A stretch of DNA of 64,000 nucleotides from Podarcis cretensis (GCA_951804945.1 OX638156.1:40858001-40922000); one strand, 5' to 3'. Shown: positions 12,561 through 26,229, counted from the stretch's first letter. Notes: a model not told the origin generated them from the letters alone. Translations and numbers: made by a program.

Positions 12561-13866
12561 AATGTAAATCCAACTGGATTCTGCCCACATAGCCAACCCT
12601 GCTGGTGCAGCATATGTCTGAAGCCAACCACCAAGAAAGGACAGGGAGAAGGAGTCAGGAAGGAACAGACAGACAAATACACACTCAGGTTTCCAAAACA
12701 GCCAGTTTTTGCCTTCCATAATAGACTGAGCATGCAAGATGCTCTAACCTGCTTGAAGCATTCATCAAGTTCTTTACTTAAATGCTTCTTCAGGGAGGGA
12801 GCTTCATTTGCATTACGGATCATTTTGAAATGTTGTGTGTTAAGCAACAACTGTGTGGGCAGGTAGGCAGGCAGGCAGCCGATTCCTCTGACTCAGCTCC
12901 AGCACGTGCCAAGCGAGCAGGCAAACTCACTCACATGCGCTCCACAAGTGCACACCAAGCAAGGCCTGCTTCTTTTCATGTCACAACAACAAGGACATCC
13001 CTAATGGACTGCTTCCCTGCCCATCCTCTCAGCCTTCTGTTTCCACCCCAGGTGACTTTTCCTAGCTGCTGCAGCAAAAATAAGCCATGATTTGGCTTTG
13101 CATGTTGTCTGGACCCAGGCTTATGATTTGTCTCACTCCATAGCACAAGTTGCAACCAAGTGGGTTTCTAGCTCACAGTCTGCCAGGGGGAGACAAACTA
13201 CAAGCATGGGTTCAGACAACATGCTAAGCCAAACCATGGTTTAGCTCAAGGTAGCAGGGCAGCAGCAGCAAGGCTGGAAGAGGAGCAAAGCTGCGACCTC
13301 ATCTCTGGGAACCCTCATGCCTGCATATTCACACTTAGTTTAGATTAGTGTTATAAAAGCACTATAGAGGCCTATGTATATGCTGCACAAACACTCAAAA
13401 AATCAAAATCCTGCAACCAGAAAATTAAATTATGTATCCAGAAAAGTTTGCACACTTCAAATGTATGCAAATTGCTTATTTGCACAAAATGGACCATAGG
13501 AAGAGTCCTGTTGGATCAGGCTAATGACCCGATGCCTGTAGGAAACTGGCAAGCAGGACCCTTCATGGAACACAAGGGCTAGAAATTTGTGTGGGGTTTT
13601 TTGCGAGGGGGGGGTTGTCATTTTTTATGGAGGATGGGAAACGGAGAGTGGAAATTGGTAGGATTATTACTATTAATATTCAACCCACATTTAGTCCAAA
13701 AATGTCCTAGGATACTCTGAGGATGCTAAAGCTCCTCCCTGGCGCACGGAAGCATCAGAGGAGGCCTGAACTCTCAACCTCCACCCCTTGCCTTCCTTGC
13801 ATAAAAGTCACTTTGCCAGAAGAACAAACAAACCCACATTTCCCAAATTAATGACACAAATCCTAC

Positions 13867-15826
13867 CTGTGACTACTTGGTCCCCATTTGAGACATTCCT
13901 GGTGCTGCCTTGTAACCTCGTTTTCACTGGTGCAGAGGGCAGGGGTGCTACTTGGCCCTCCTTATTGGGTTGGGGCTTGCCTGTCAAACATTCCACCTTT
14001 GGGGGGGTTTCCAACATCAAAGTGTTTGGTGTGCTTAGCAGGTATGGTAGGTCCACCCAGCAAGCCGCAGCTTCTTCTTTGTTACCCTGATTAGAAGCAT
14101 CCTCAACTTGTGCATCTGTCTCCACTGAAGGGCTGCTGCAGCTGCTCCCCAATGTTTTTGCTGTTACCCCAGAACTGACAGGCAGAAAAGCACTCTCATC
14201 TTGCTGTTGAGAACAATCCACATTCTCTTGCCCAGCCTCTTGGAGCAGGTGTGCCTCTGTCTCACCTTGGAGTGGCAAGGTGCTTCCAGAACTGGTCTGC
14301 TTCTCCTTCTCAGAGAGACTTTGCTTGGCTAAACATTGGAGGCTTTCTGCTCCATAAACACTGCTGCCCAACCCCACTAATGCCTCTGCTGGCCTTGGGC
14401 TCACCTTCTCCAACTGCTCAACTGGGTGATGGAGCTCCACCAGCCACTCAGAAGTGTGACCTGTGACTTCTACTGACAGTTCTTGTGGGAAGTGACTGTG
14501 TGCTGCCGCCCTCACATCAGAGAAGGGTTTTGGTGACAGTGACTTTGGCATGGGTGGGGAAAAGGCATTCTCCTGCAACCTTGGGCTGGAAGGGTCAGAG
14601 TCCTTGGCCAAATGTCCCAAATGAGGCTCAGGGAAGTTATCCTTCCCAGAACTCCCACAACCCTCCCTGGTGCCTATTCCTTGTGTGGCCTTCATGCCTA
14701 GCACACTAGAGCAATAGCCATGCTCAGAGACCCTGCTGCCATTTTCCAGCTCTGTGCTACTTCTCTGAGCTGTCTCTGTTATTTCAGAAGCCACAGCTGT
14801 CAGAGACCTACATTCAGCATCTTCTCCATCATGGTAGCTGCACATTGCGTACCTCCAGTCAAGCTCATGTTCTGGCTGGGCCTGTCCCTTTACATCAGGA
14901 GGCTCCTTGGGATCAGAGCCAGCAGCAGGCCCTTCATAATTTTCTAATAGCAATTTGTCACTTTCTAGTTCATGAGCATCCTCCAAAAGATTCCTAGCAT
15001 TACTGGCCTGGGTATCAGAGGGCTTTGCTGTGTCCAGATGCCCATGTGGCATTAATTCGCCTGCTAAACCAACTCCATTCCTCAGGCTAGTGCTGCTGTC
15101 CTGACTGGCTGCAGGCTTGTCCTTTACTCTCATCCTCGGCTTAGTGCAGTAACTGAGGGAGACTGATTGAGGTCCAAATTTAGGCAGTGAAACGTCTGTG
15201 AGCTCCACATATTCCCCTTCCAGCTCACTTATAGAGTCTTCTCCAAGGCCTGGGCTCACACACTCCATGCTGGCAGCTGCCCTCACAAGTTGCTCTGTTG
15301 TATTGGTCATGAAGAAGCTGTCTTCAGGTAAACTTGGCCCATTTAAAAGTTGGGACTCCACTTTAAGGGAGCTGCTTTGAGACGGCACCTCTGAAAAGAC
15401 CAAATCTGAAGGCTGTTCAGTCACTGGAACAGAACTTAGGCCACCATTCATTTTGGGGGGGCTTTCAATAAATTCTGGATTGACTATTCTGTCCCAGGGC
15501 ACCCGGAATATTTTATCTTCTGTGCCTAGTAAGCAGTTTTCCAGTGCCATTCCCATCCGCTCCCTGTTGATGCCATTCAGCCATTCCACAGTGAAAATGG
15601 AAGTGTAGGAGACTTCAGGAACCACAAGCTCATCAACATTATGCTTGTCCTCGGCCAAACATTTCACAATGATTCGTGGGGACTTTTTCAAGTAAGGGAC
15701 CACCTGCAGGTAAAAGTCTCCTGGTCTCAAGATTCGCCAGTCGAAGGAGCCAAGTTGAACTACAATCTTCTCATGGATGCAGAGGGGCCAGCCCTCATGC
15801 CGGAACAGCAATCCACAATACTGGAC
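13867..15826 (-). CDS. PLEKHG4: PLEKHG4 exon 3 (1960-nt large exon)
   Basis: ttcag|GTC...ACAG|gtagga, phase 0 to 1. Starts VQYCGLLFRHEGWPLCIHEKIVVQL...LRPGDFYLQVVP (family motif), followed by a long Ser/Glu/Pro-rich region. Contains DWRYAMCSY, matching the recalled human PLEKHG4 DWRFAVCSF. Corresponds to the 667-aa ORF in the track. Confidence 0.93.
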
Positions 15827-17707
15827 CTGAAGGAAAATGATAATCCAGGTGAACTGACCGCAATGAGGTTTTCAGAACAGACAAGAGACATCCTAACAAT
15901 GATATCATAGCTTTCTATTAACAGCAACACAAATGGAAACAGCCGGATGCTGGAAAAGTGGGGCTGGTCTTACATTGACTTTTGGCATGTGTGAGTGTGC
16001 ACAACCCATTTTATTTCTATATAATACATGGCAAATTGTGATGAGAATATCTTAAAGATCCCCTGACTCACTAGTAAGATCTTCAGGTAATGCCACCTTT
16101 CAATGTAGCTATTAGAGACCTTCACTGTGGTGCTACATTGTATACTTTCCTCCCCATATCTATCGATTTGCTGTTCTTTATGTTTAGGCTTCTAAGAGCA
16201 ATTAAATCTTGTTGAACGCTTTTTCTTTTTCGGTTTTGCAATGTTTATGTGGTTGCAGTCCTGGAGCATTTTAAAAAATGTCAGGCATTTCCATACTGCC
16301 CTTCAGAGCATCAATCCCAAGGGGAATGTTTAATTTACTTGTCAATTTTTTTTTGTTTTACTGTGATACTGTTTTAAAGGATGAGTCAGGGACCAGGGTC
16401 AAAAGGCAAAGCATCAATAAGCAAAAATCTGCCAAATGAAGCATTTTGGTGGTAGCAACACCAAGGGGGAGGGGCTTTCCATTCTCCTGTTCACTTTGAA
16501 TGTGGTTCTACAGCTTGAGAAAAGAGGAAAGGAGGATGGTGGTGATCCTGAGGCCACAGAAAACCTAGAACAGGCCCCAGGTCCTTCCCTGCTTTGAATT
16601 TAGTCTGCCTACGAAACCCACAACCCTCTGACTGACTCTTCGCTCAAAAACAAGTCCCTTTGACTTCCATGGAAAGCTGATTTGGGTATGAAAACACGCT
16701 ACGGCACAAGTCCCCCACAGAGGCGGCACTGCTAGGAGGCAAGCTGGGACAGCCATCCCTGGGGACAGGTTTGGGTTGCATGAAGACCATGATGGGTTAC
16801 AATCTTCCAGTTCTTCTATGTAAGTCCCACTGAAATGAATGTGCAGCAGTGGGGAGGGAAGGAAGAGCCACCCGGATGTTCCACATCATGCACCAGAGTC
16901 CTGGGCCAGATCTGGTTCCGTAAAGTCTGCACAAACCAGAGAGCCACAGTTGCTACTGGAGAAGGAGCCTCCTTAGCAGCTACTGAGTTCCGCAAATATT
17001 GTGACAGCAAAGGAGAACAGAGGCAAAACTTCTGATTGGGCAATCACTTGGCACCTTTCCATCAGAAACTTGACAGTCTGCTGCCTGCCAAGAGTAGGTG
17101 GGGGGAGGGAGCTGAAGGTGAGTAACTGTAGAATCCAGGCAAGAGAACACACCTCCTACAAGACACCCCACCCTTTTTGTTCTTGCATTAATATGCACTT
17201 ATAGAGAACATGTGGCTAATGGAGGGCATGTTTTGTTGCTAATGTTCAGGCTGGACCCTCAAGCTAGGATGCCAGCATGGCAATGCAGCAGGGTTGGAAG
17301 GAGGCCTTCAACCCTGATGTATTTGCATAAAACAAAATGTTTTTAAATCTGAAAAAAACATTGTTTTTCTTAAGTAGGGCAGTTACATAATTGTTCACTA
17401 TGATCAACACTTAACAAGTCAGAACATTTAAAGATTCCAAAATAATCACTGCTACTGAGAAGTGGGGGTGGAGATGGGGAATCCAGAATATGTCTCAACG
17501 CCATGGGCAAGAGGGCAGCGTCCCCTTAAGGATTCTTTGGCTACCCTTTGACTACTTTCATCAGTGCATCTGGTGGCACTGCTCCCTGTTCCCCCTCCTC
17601 CTTAGCTGAGTAGGAACCGAGGCATGAGCATCATGACGGATTCTCAGCTCCCACCTGCAGCGCTAGCAGAATCTTCTGGGTCAACCTGGAGGCAGCATGA
17701 TACTCAC

Positions 17708-17905
17708 ACAGGCATCCTGCTGAACGCACTGCAAGATGTGCTTGGCTGGAATCAGAAAGTCGATGAGGTAGTGCAGGCCGTCCCCACGGTATGTCTTCTC
17801 CACCACATCAAACACCTGGCACAGAACCGTGGCTGCTGTGACCTCGAATGGAGGGTAGAGTGCCGAGAGCATACTCTGGATACAACTGTCCAGGGACTGG
17901 GAATC
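17708..17905 (-). CDS. PLEKHG4: PLEKHG4 exon 2 (ARHGEF40/PLEKHG4B-like N-terminal domain)
   Basis: 198 nt, cag|...|gtgagt. Encodes [66 protein letters not shown], close to the recalled ARHGEF40 N-terminus ([20 protein letters not shown]...DFLVPAKHLL). Confidence 0.93.
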
Positions 17906-20900
17906 CTGCCAAAAGAAGGAGAGGAGGGCGTGAAGTGGCTCAGGAGGAGCAACAGGTGGAAACTGTGCCTGCCGGGACTCAGGTTGCTACTTGGCAGAGG
18001 ACATCGACGTATCCGCCCTCTTCATTTTTTGTGCCACCATTCTGAACCACCGCCATCCACCGAGCCCAGCTCCTCTACCGTGCAAATGAAGCGCTCACCT
18101 AGCCTCGACAGAGTGGCGGCAGACAGCTTACGCTGCAAAATCCTTCCCCTGACTGAGCAGGGGTGGGGCTGTTGCTAAACTATTATTATTGTAGATATCA
18201 GTGTGCAGGGTGTGCGTGTGTGAGAGAGAGAGTGAAAAAGAGAGACTAAAAGGGCTTATGCAGCTGCTGGTACGGCTTCCCAGGACTGCAGGCTTACAAG
18301 GTGTCCCCTGGTGGAATTATATTGAAAAAGGAAAGTTCCCCTTAAACTGGGGGTGGGAGGTATGGGAAAAAGAAGTGGCTAAAACTGTTTAGTAACAGTT
18401 TTCTCACAGTCACTCCAGCTAGAAATGGGACTCCAAAGCCAAGAGCTTTAGAACAGCCATGATGACAGCATGGCAGAGCAAGAGGAAGACCCGAACCATC
18501 ATACCACCAGCTCAAGCTGGGTTTGGGTTTCTAAAGCCAGCTAGAGCGTATCATAAAGAGTTTATATTATACTTCTGAACATTGTCCATGTTGTCCCCTG
18601 TTCTGCTCTCAACATACAGCACACTCTCTGCCAGCCCTAGCCTGGAGGTGCCCTCCCTGCCTTTGAAATCTGCAGCTGCCCACCTTTTTTTATGAGAAAG
18701 CCAGCTCTTGCTCTGGTGACTGTTACATCAATCCTCTTTCTCCTCCAAGAAAACATAAATTCTTAACATAAGGGAATCTAATTTACATAATTTTTAAATA
18801 GCTCTTTTAAACTGTTAATATCAGTGATTTTTTTTGTTTTACTCTTTTTGTAAACCTCTTTAAGGTTGCTTTGCTCCAATCAAGTGGTAAATAAATTTTA
18901 TGAAATAAATGTGCAAAAACATTTAAGCATTTAATAAATTACTATTTTAAAAATGAGATTGTGTTGCTTCTTTTAATTGCATTATTAGCATTTACTAGAA
19001 TCTAGGGTAGGCTATTTAAGCAAGAATTAGCAGAACATATTGTATTATTATTATTATTATTATTATTATTAAAATTCATACACCCTTCATCATAAGACCT
19101 CAGGGTGGTTCACAGAATAAAATACAAGATAAAAACACAACTAAATAATTAAAACAAAACAGCAAAACAATAAGCCCTGTTCCCACATTATAAGGAAACA
19201 AAGCTAAAGGAGAGGGTAGTCTGGGCCAAACCCCCTTCAGGTTTCTGGGAGACTGCATCGCTTACCCACTTTTCAACTACCACAAAGAATAGGAACTCTA
19301 ACTCCAGATTAGGGGAACCCCAATATGTATCCACATTTTGAACATTGAGAAAATTGTGGCCTTTTTTACTTAAAATGGAAGCAGAAGGTACAGTAGCATC
19401 TACGCACATGCTCAGAAGACATAAGATTGGTCTCCTGGGAGTGATCTTTCTAGTACGGTAGGCCGCAGGCTCAAGAGCCAACCTCCCTTCTTGCAAGGGT
19501 GGCTTCCTTCACTGTGACACCAGTGCCAAAGAGACCAAAAGGCAGGATCCTGCAGTCTCAGCAGTTCTGCTCGCTGCCAAAACGAATACATCTGACAACA
19601 ATTAACTTGTCATCTCCAAATGAATTCAGATGAACCACCCACTCTGCAGAATGTGCTTCAAGCACAGAGAGTGTCCCTTTCCTCAACATCTGAGGCTAAG
19701 TCACACTTTTATTTTAAAGGTGATAAATCTCTGAATTTACCAAATCAGGGAAAGCCTTTAAGTCTATCGGTCCCTCCAAAGTGACAATGCTGGAGACTTT
19801 CATGCAGCTCAGTCTATCCTACTTTATCCTCTCCCTATCAAAGTGTGAGTCACTTTGAGTTGCCTTGAGCAAATTATAGCAACTAACAAGTATAATAAAT
19901 ATAACAAATATAATCAATCATCAATAATAAAATGATTTCACATAATTTGTTGTGAAGATGAAATGCAGGTGCGGGGAGGACCCTAAATTCCTTGGAAGAA
20001 AAACAGGATATAAATATAATAAATGCAATGCAATTAAATGAAAGCAAGGTGATAAAAGTTACCATGTGCAAACTTTCTTCCTCAGAAAGAACTTAACAAG
20101 AGATCCTGGGCTGCAAGTGTGAACTATTACCTCTGCCAGAAATTAGCAGCTGTTGTTCCTGGGACTTTCTGCTTTTTCTAACCATGCCCAGCAGTCTCTT
20201 TCAAAGACCAGCTGCCTTATAAAGCAGAGACCCTGGTTCTGAAATTAGGTGGGAGCTCTTAGGACGCACAGTGAAGAAGGTGGGCTAGCTTGTACTAGAA
20301 AGGAGAACACAACTTTTCTGAGTTACCCTGGCAGCCATCACTCACCTATCTGCAAAGCACAGCTATGTTATAGCCATTCCATGCAGAGAGGGGACAAATC
20401 ACAAAAATTTTGAACACTATAAAGAAGTAGGTTACAACGCATCATGTGACTTGTTACTGGATCCATTTTTCCTTTACGTCTGAAGTAGAGTGAGGTGTGC
20501 CTGAATCTTTTTGAGTCACTCAGCGCTCACCATATTATACTACAACCAAGATACCACGATTGGAATACCCCACAGAAAATTAGTGAGGCTCACCAGTCTG
20601 CAAAATGGGGGTGCACGAGAGAAGCTTGTCACAAAATGGGGGTGAAGTCTGACATAAACAGCTGGCAATTGCTGGCATCATTTTCTACTGATAGCTGATC
20701 ACTCTTTGGAAATCGTTTAATTGCTTGCCATAGGTTTTCCTATGAGGGGAAAGATTCTCAGATATGAGGCAAGAGGCGGAAATGTGGGGCTGGGCTCACA
20801 GAGGGGAAGATGAGGCTGGTCTTCTCAAGTCTCACCTTCTTCTCTCCCTGGTCCAGCTGAGTTTCTGGGGCCACCCAGACAGTGAAGCCAGCAGGCTTCC

Positions 20901-22207
20901 CCTCGGCCTATTGGACAGGGCCTCTTGGCAGGCAAGATGGAGGACGGCAAACCCTCCTGGCTCACTCCTTGCCACCACCAGCAGGCCCTTCACGCTGCCT
21001 GCCCTACAGTGGCACGGCACAGCGGAAATTGTCCTCGCAGTAACTTAACAGAGGTCTCCCCTCCCCTCAGGGGGAACCATGGAGGGCGCTGCTGCCTGGG
21101 ATTGTGCACTTGGATATCGGCATCTACTGAATCAGCCACCCCACAGACAAAATGCCTCGCTCATTAAGGAGCAGTCACTGTCCCCCAACACACACCCCTT
21201 TGCAAAGCCCAAATTGCCTCCCTCCCTCCCTTCTTGATGGGCCTTCAGGGGTGTATTCCAGAAAAGATTCCGTGCCAAGAATCTCTGCATTTAGTACTCC
21301 AATTACATTATATAACTGTGCATCAATGTATACAATTTATTCTGGCAGCCATAATTTGCAAAACAGGGTGAACATTTTAACAAGAAATAAGGTGATGGGG
21401 AATGATGAAGTCAGATGCAGTACAGCAAAATATCCCACACTCAAAAATCAAATCAGTTTTCCTGCTTGGTTGCAGCCTAGGATCATGGCAATCATGAGTC
21501 ACTGCTTTTTCCATTTTTATTATTTTTTAAATCTCACACTGAGAAAAACGCAAGACACCAACCCAAATCTTTATTTTTCCGTTCACACCAATGTCTCTTA
21601 CATATATACTGTAATTCAAAATACTTGCAACATTTTGTTGTCCTCACTTGTATATACTATTTTTTTAATTTAGAATATTTATAGACCACTTGATTAAAAA
21701 AATTCATCATTCTTGCTGTTATCCCCCTGCCTTAGAAGCGCACCCAAACTATATTCTGTTCTTTCCTAGGCACTGAATTTGTACCGTTAAAACCAGGGCC
21801 TCAGGTGCCATAATGTCTTGGGCCAGCCCTGGTTAAGACTGCCATAATAAAAGTTTACTTAGGAAGCACCTCTGTTATCTGGCCCCAAATGCAAGCCAAG
21901 GCAGCAATCCCTAGTGAGGAAATGTACAATGCAATAGGAGATTTCTTACATGTTTGGGTGTCTTTCACCCAATATGTGTTCTTCCCCATTAATAATGTCA
22001 CAGGCCTGCGAGTTTTATCATTATTTGTACTGTGTTTAATCTATTGCTCCTGACAAAGGAGACGCCTCTGAAATGCATTGAGCTAAATAAACAGCTGATT
22101 AACAAAAGCACCAGATCTTGCCTCCTTTTATTTTCATGACCTTCACTGCCAACATCCTAGTATTCCAGGGGTCTTTATGACACTTGCTCCAAAAAAAGCA
22201 TTTAAGC

Positions 22208-22449
22208 CATGGGTAGGCAAACTAAGGCCTGGGGGCCAGATCTGGCCCAATCGCCTTCTAAATCCGGCCCGCAGACGGTCCGGGAATCAGCGTTTTTTTT
22301 ACATGCCATTTTATTTAAAATGCATCTCTGGGTTATTTGTGGGGCATAGGAATTCGTTCCTCCCCCCCCCTTCAAAATATAGTCTGGCCCACCACAAGGT
22401 CTAAGGGACAGTGGACTGGCCCCCTACTGAAAAAGTTTGCTGACCCCTG
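22208..22449. mobile_element. Non-autonomous hAT (Charlie/OC1-like) element
   Basis: TIRs catgggtaggcaaact / agtttgctgacccctg; 8-bp TSD atttaagc / attaaagc. Confidence 0.8.
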
Positions 22450-22684
22450 ATTAAAGCATTCCTGAAAACTAATGAATATGTTCCCATGGATTTATTTTCA
22501 GTATTAGAGCACCTGCTTGCTATGCAGAAGGGCCAAAGCTCAGTCCTTAGAACTAGTGAAAAGATTGCAGGAGAAGTATTCTGGGGGGCCTCACAAATCT
22601 TGTTGAGTGGCTGCCAGTGAGAGTAGACTGTAGTCCCACACGACATAGAGCAATGATCTGACTCAGGGTTACACGGCTTCGTAC

Positions 22685-22689
<5 letters not shown>

Positions 22690-22755
<66 letters not shown>
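22690..22755. repeat. (GT)n(GA)n compound microsatellite
   Basis: Directly visible run. Confidence 0.95.
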
Positions 22756-22759
<4 letters not shown>

Positions 22760-25700
22760 CATCCGCAAGCGTTCCCTCCATTAACAGCCCACTCTGAAAC
22801 CTATTCGAACAGCAACAACCTCACATGCCCCTTCATTTCCATGCAGATCAAAGAAGGGTGGAGACTTTAAACAACTTGTAAAAGACGCCTTTGTGCAGAA
22901 AGGGACGTGTGCCAAAATATGGGCGTTTATGAAGCACAAGCACACAAAGGGGAACATATCCCCAGGCGTTTCTCCCTGATCTATTAATCAGCCTAGCATA
23001 CCAGCCTTTCGAAAGTGTAAGGAAAACCTCAGTTTAAAAAATGAGATGTGTTCCTGTAGATGATCCAGTGAACAAAGAATTGACAGCCACCAACCAAGTA
23101 CTGAGATAAAAGCTCTCTGATTTTGCAGATCTAGCAGAATCTCTAGTTGGCTCCTTGGCATTTCCTACTGTTGAAAATGGGGGGATTGGGGGGGAAAGAA
23201 CCTTAACTTTTCCATCCCCACTTTCCCTCATTCTCTCTCACTGTTGGGATCAAACTACAAGTTCCACAAATTGTGTGGCAAATTGGGTGCTTCTGCCCTT
23301 CATTTTCCGTCATGCGCTCTGCAGATTTGTTGCTGGTGATGCATTCCACCTTTGAAATTCATTTTGTGTTTGTGGCCAAATGCCCAGCCATACTTGTCAC
23401 ATTGAGATCCTGCATGCTATCCCAGGAGTACGTTCCTCACCCACTACATGAAAGGCAAGTAGGGCACAGACTGGCTCAGATACCACTGGGCACAGGAAGC
23501 CAAGAACCCTCCTTGCCTGCCAGGCTTAATTCCAGGTTGTGGGAGGCCCCCAGCAACATGCCAATGAGAGCGGGTGCTCTCATATTTTTCACAAACACCC
23601 TCAATTGCCTTTAATTTGTTCCTATTTTTCTTGTGCAGCAGGTTGTTTAATACTAGTTTCCTGTTTTTAGCCAGCTCAAGTGTGCACATAAGGGGTGACA
23701 GAAAAATTATGAGGAATGATTTTGTCTGCAAAGAGGAAACTCATAATTAAAAACATTAGAAGAGCATGGCTGCTCATCTAGTCAAGCACCTAATTCTCAC
23801 CGTAGCCAGCCAGATGCCCCAAGGGAGGCCCATAAGGAAGCAGGACCTGAGTGCAACAGCAGGGCCCTCCCCACTTGTGATTCCCTGCTCCGTAACTGTT
23901 TGGCCATGAGATCATTATCAGAGTGTGGACTTTCTCTAGTATTTCCCAGGATCTACCAGATAAAAGAAATACGGTTCATTCTCTGGAAAGAACTGAGTCT
24001 GGGGCATTCTCATACAAAAGTGGTGGGGTGTGGAAAGTATTATTATTGCCTTCATCATCATTAAAAGGTGGCTAAGGTTGTCACCTTTTTACTGCCTGGC
24101 TCCTGTGCCTTGAACAGCAACTCGACACATTGAAATTCAAGCTTATGTCCACATTCCCCTTTACTGGGCACTCATTAACTTTCCAGTGCTGAATTTTTAG
24201 TCAGAAGACATCATCAAAAATGCAAATGAATATTGTACTTCCTTATAAGATACTACTGCCTGATGCCGTTGCTTCTCAAAACCAGCTTCACACTGATTGG
24301 AGCCCTTAAGCTATTCCTAATTAGTCTCTAGCCAAGGTGTGGGCAGCTATGCATCAGGGAAAGACGTCCACACCCCTGTCAGTGCGCTTTAAGGCAGTAA
24401 TATGAACACACCCTTCGTGGGTGAATCTTCTGGTAAGGGAGGGAGAAGCTGCCCATGCCTGATTTCACTGTGTCGAGCCTACTGTTTAAGCACAAGATCA
24501 AGATCAGTAAAAGGGGGCAATCTTCAGCAAGCCCCCATCTCCCAGAAACCTTGTGTCATCTTTATTCTTAATAATTCATCTCACAGTGGGGTTCTTCTCT
24601 TCTCCCTCTGCCCAGGTTCTAAGCCAGACAGAGCCTTAATGGGATTTTTATTTTTAATTACAACAGAGCTAGCCAAGCCCTGCAAGGATTCACTGTGCCT
24701 TCCAGATGTTGTTCCAGCACTCCAATTCCTAGCAACCCCAGCAGCCAGCATAGATTAAAGTCAGGGATGGTGGGACTTCGAGCCCAAGAACGTTTGGTGT
24801 GGGTGGGTGAGCACCCAGTTGGCAAAGGCAACTGCTGCAGGCTTCAGCTTGACTTCCTTGCTTGGATCTTGACCTTGGCCAGAGTACTCTCATGAGGCCC
24901 AAGACAGATGATGCATGTGGTGGCATAAGATCTATCTCTGGCAGAACTCTGCCCAGCCTGGCAGAGACTTTTTATGCCGTGATGCCAACAATAGGAGTGC
25001 TTTGCTCTCTCCTAGGGAAAAGGACAAAATGCCCCTTGAATCTCTCCTGCAGAAAAAGTTCCTGCCCTTCCTGTTTTATGGTGAAGTCAGCATCCCTTTG
25101 CTGGACATTCCCACATGACTCAGGCTGGTCATTGCCTGTTACATGATGCCATAATCAGCTGGTGAGAAGGAGAGTAGGAGCCTGAACTCCGGGGAGGGAG
25201 AACAGTGGGGGCACGTACAGGCCCTCAATTCTGCTCCAGCAGTCTCCTCTCTACCTGCAGTCACATAGGACATCAGACATGTGGCAGGTGGGCATGGTTT
25301 GGGGGGAAACAGCTTTGCGGGCAAAATTTGAACACCTGGCAGGTCAAGTATGGCCTGCAGACCAGAGGTTCCCGAGCCCTGAGTTACAAGGGGAGGGGCT
25401 CTGATGCCTACAGTTCTCTCTCCATCTCTCTCAAGAGAGCACCAGAAAGTTAGGAACATTGAACTTCCTAATCAAACGCCTGACATATCTTATTCCCGCA
25501 TCAAAGGCAGTTCTGTTGGGCAACTGTGGCTTCTAAGAAGGAGCAGAGCTGTCAGGGCCTAGAAGTCAGTCTCTCTGGAAGGAACACCCAAGGGTGGGGC
25601 TCACCTTTGAGAGTGCTGCTGGGTGCAGGTGGTGCCTATGGTTTACCACATGCCTCCCACATAACTTTCTGCCCAGATCTTAAGATCATCTTCAGAGGCC

Positions 25701-26229
25701 CATCTTTGCCACGTTGCTACTACCAGAGAGGCCTTTGAGGCCTTTCAGTGGTCCTCAAAGAGTTCTGTGATCGTCCCAGTATCAGGCTGAAGCCCTTTTA
25801 ATCTACCCAAGCTTTTTAGATGCTGTTGATAAATGACTTTGCCTTACTTGCACTGACATTAAGCAGTTTTCACATCCGCTGCTGCTCAGGTTATCCTACT
25901 TTCAAAGTTTTACTGTGCTGAATTGCTGCCTTAGGGAGCTTCCAGATGTGGACAACTGAGCAGCACCTCATCATTGCTGTTCTGCTTTAAGCTGCAAGTG
26001 GAACAGCAACTCTGCTTCCAGGCTTCTGAAATCCAGACAACATGCTGCAGCCAGGTGAGCAGTGTCTCATTCCCTGCCTTAAATATGAGGGTGTGGAGTG
26101 GGGAGATTGATATTAGTTTGGACAATGGGGGCGTGCAGATGAGTTTACTATTCGCTCCACCTTGCTACATGACTGCCTCACCCTGCTACAAGATGGGGGG
26201 AAGAAACAGATATAAATTAAATACTATAT

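Noticed and set aside
17624-18178. 184-aa plus-strand ORF
   Set aside because: Antisense shadow of PLEKHG4 exon 2.
20836-21080. Minus-strand donor AAG|GTGAGA as an alternative coding first exon of PLEKHG4
   Set aside because: The frame compatible with exon 2 has a stop shortly upstream and no ATG after it; a non-coding role cannot be judged from sequence.
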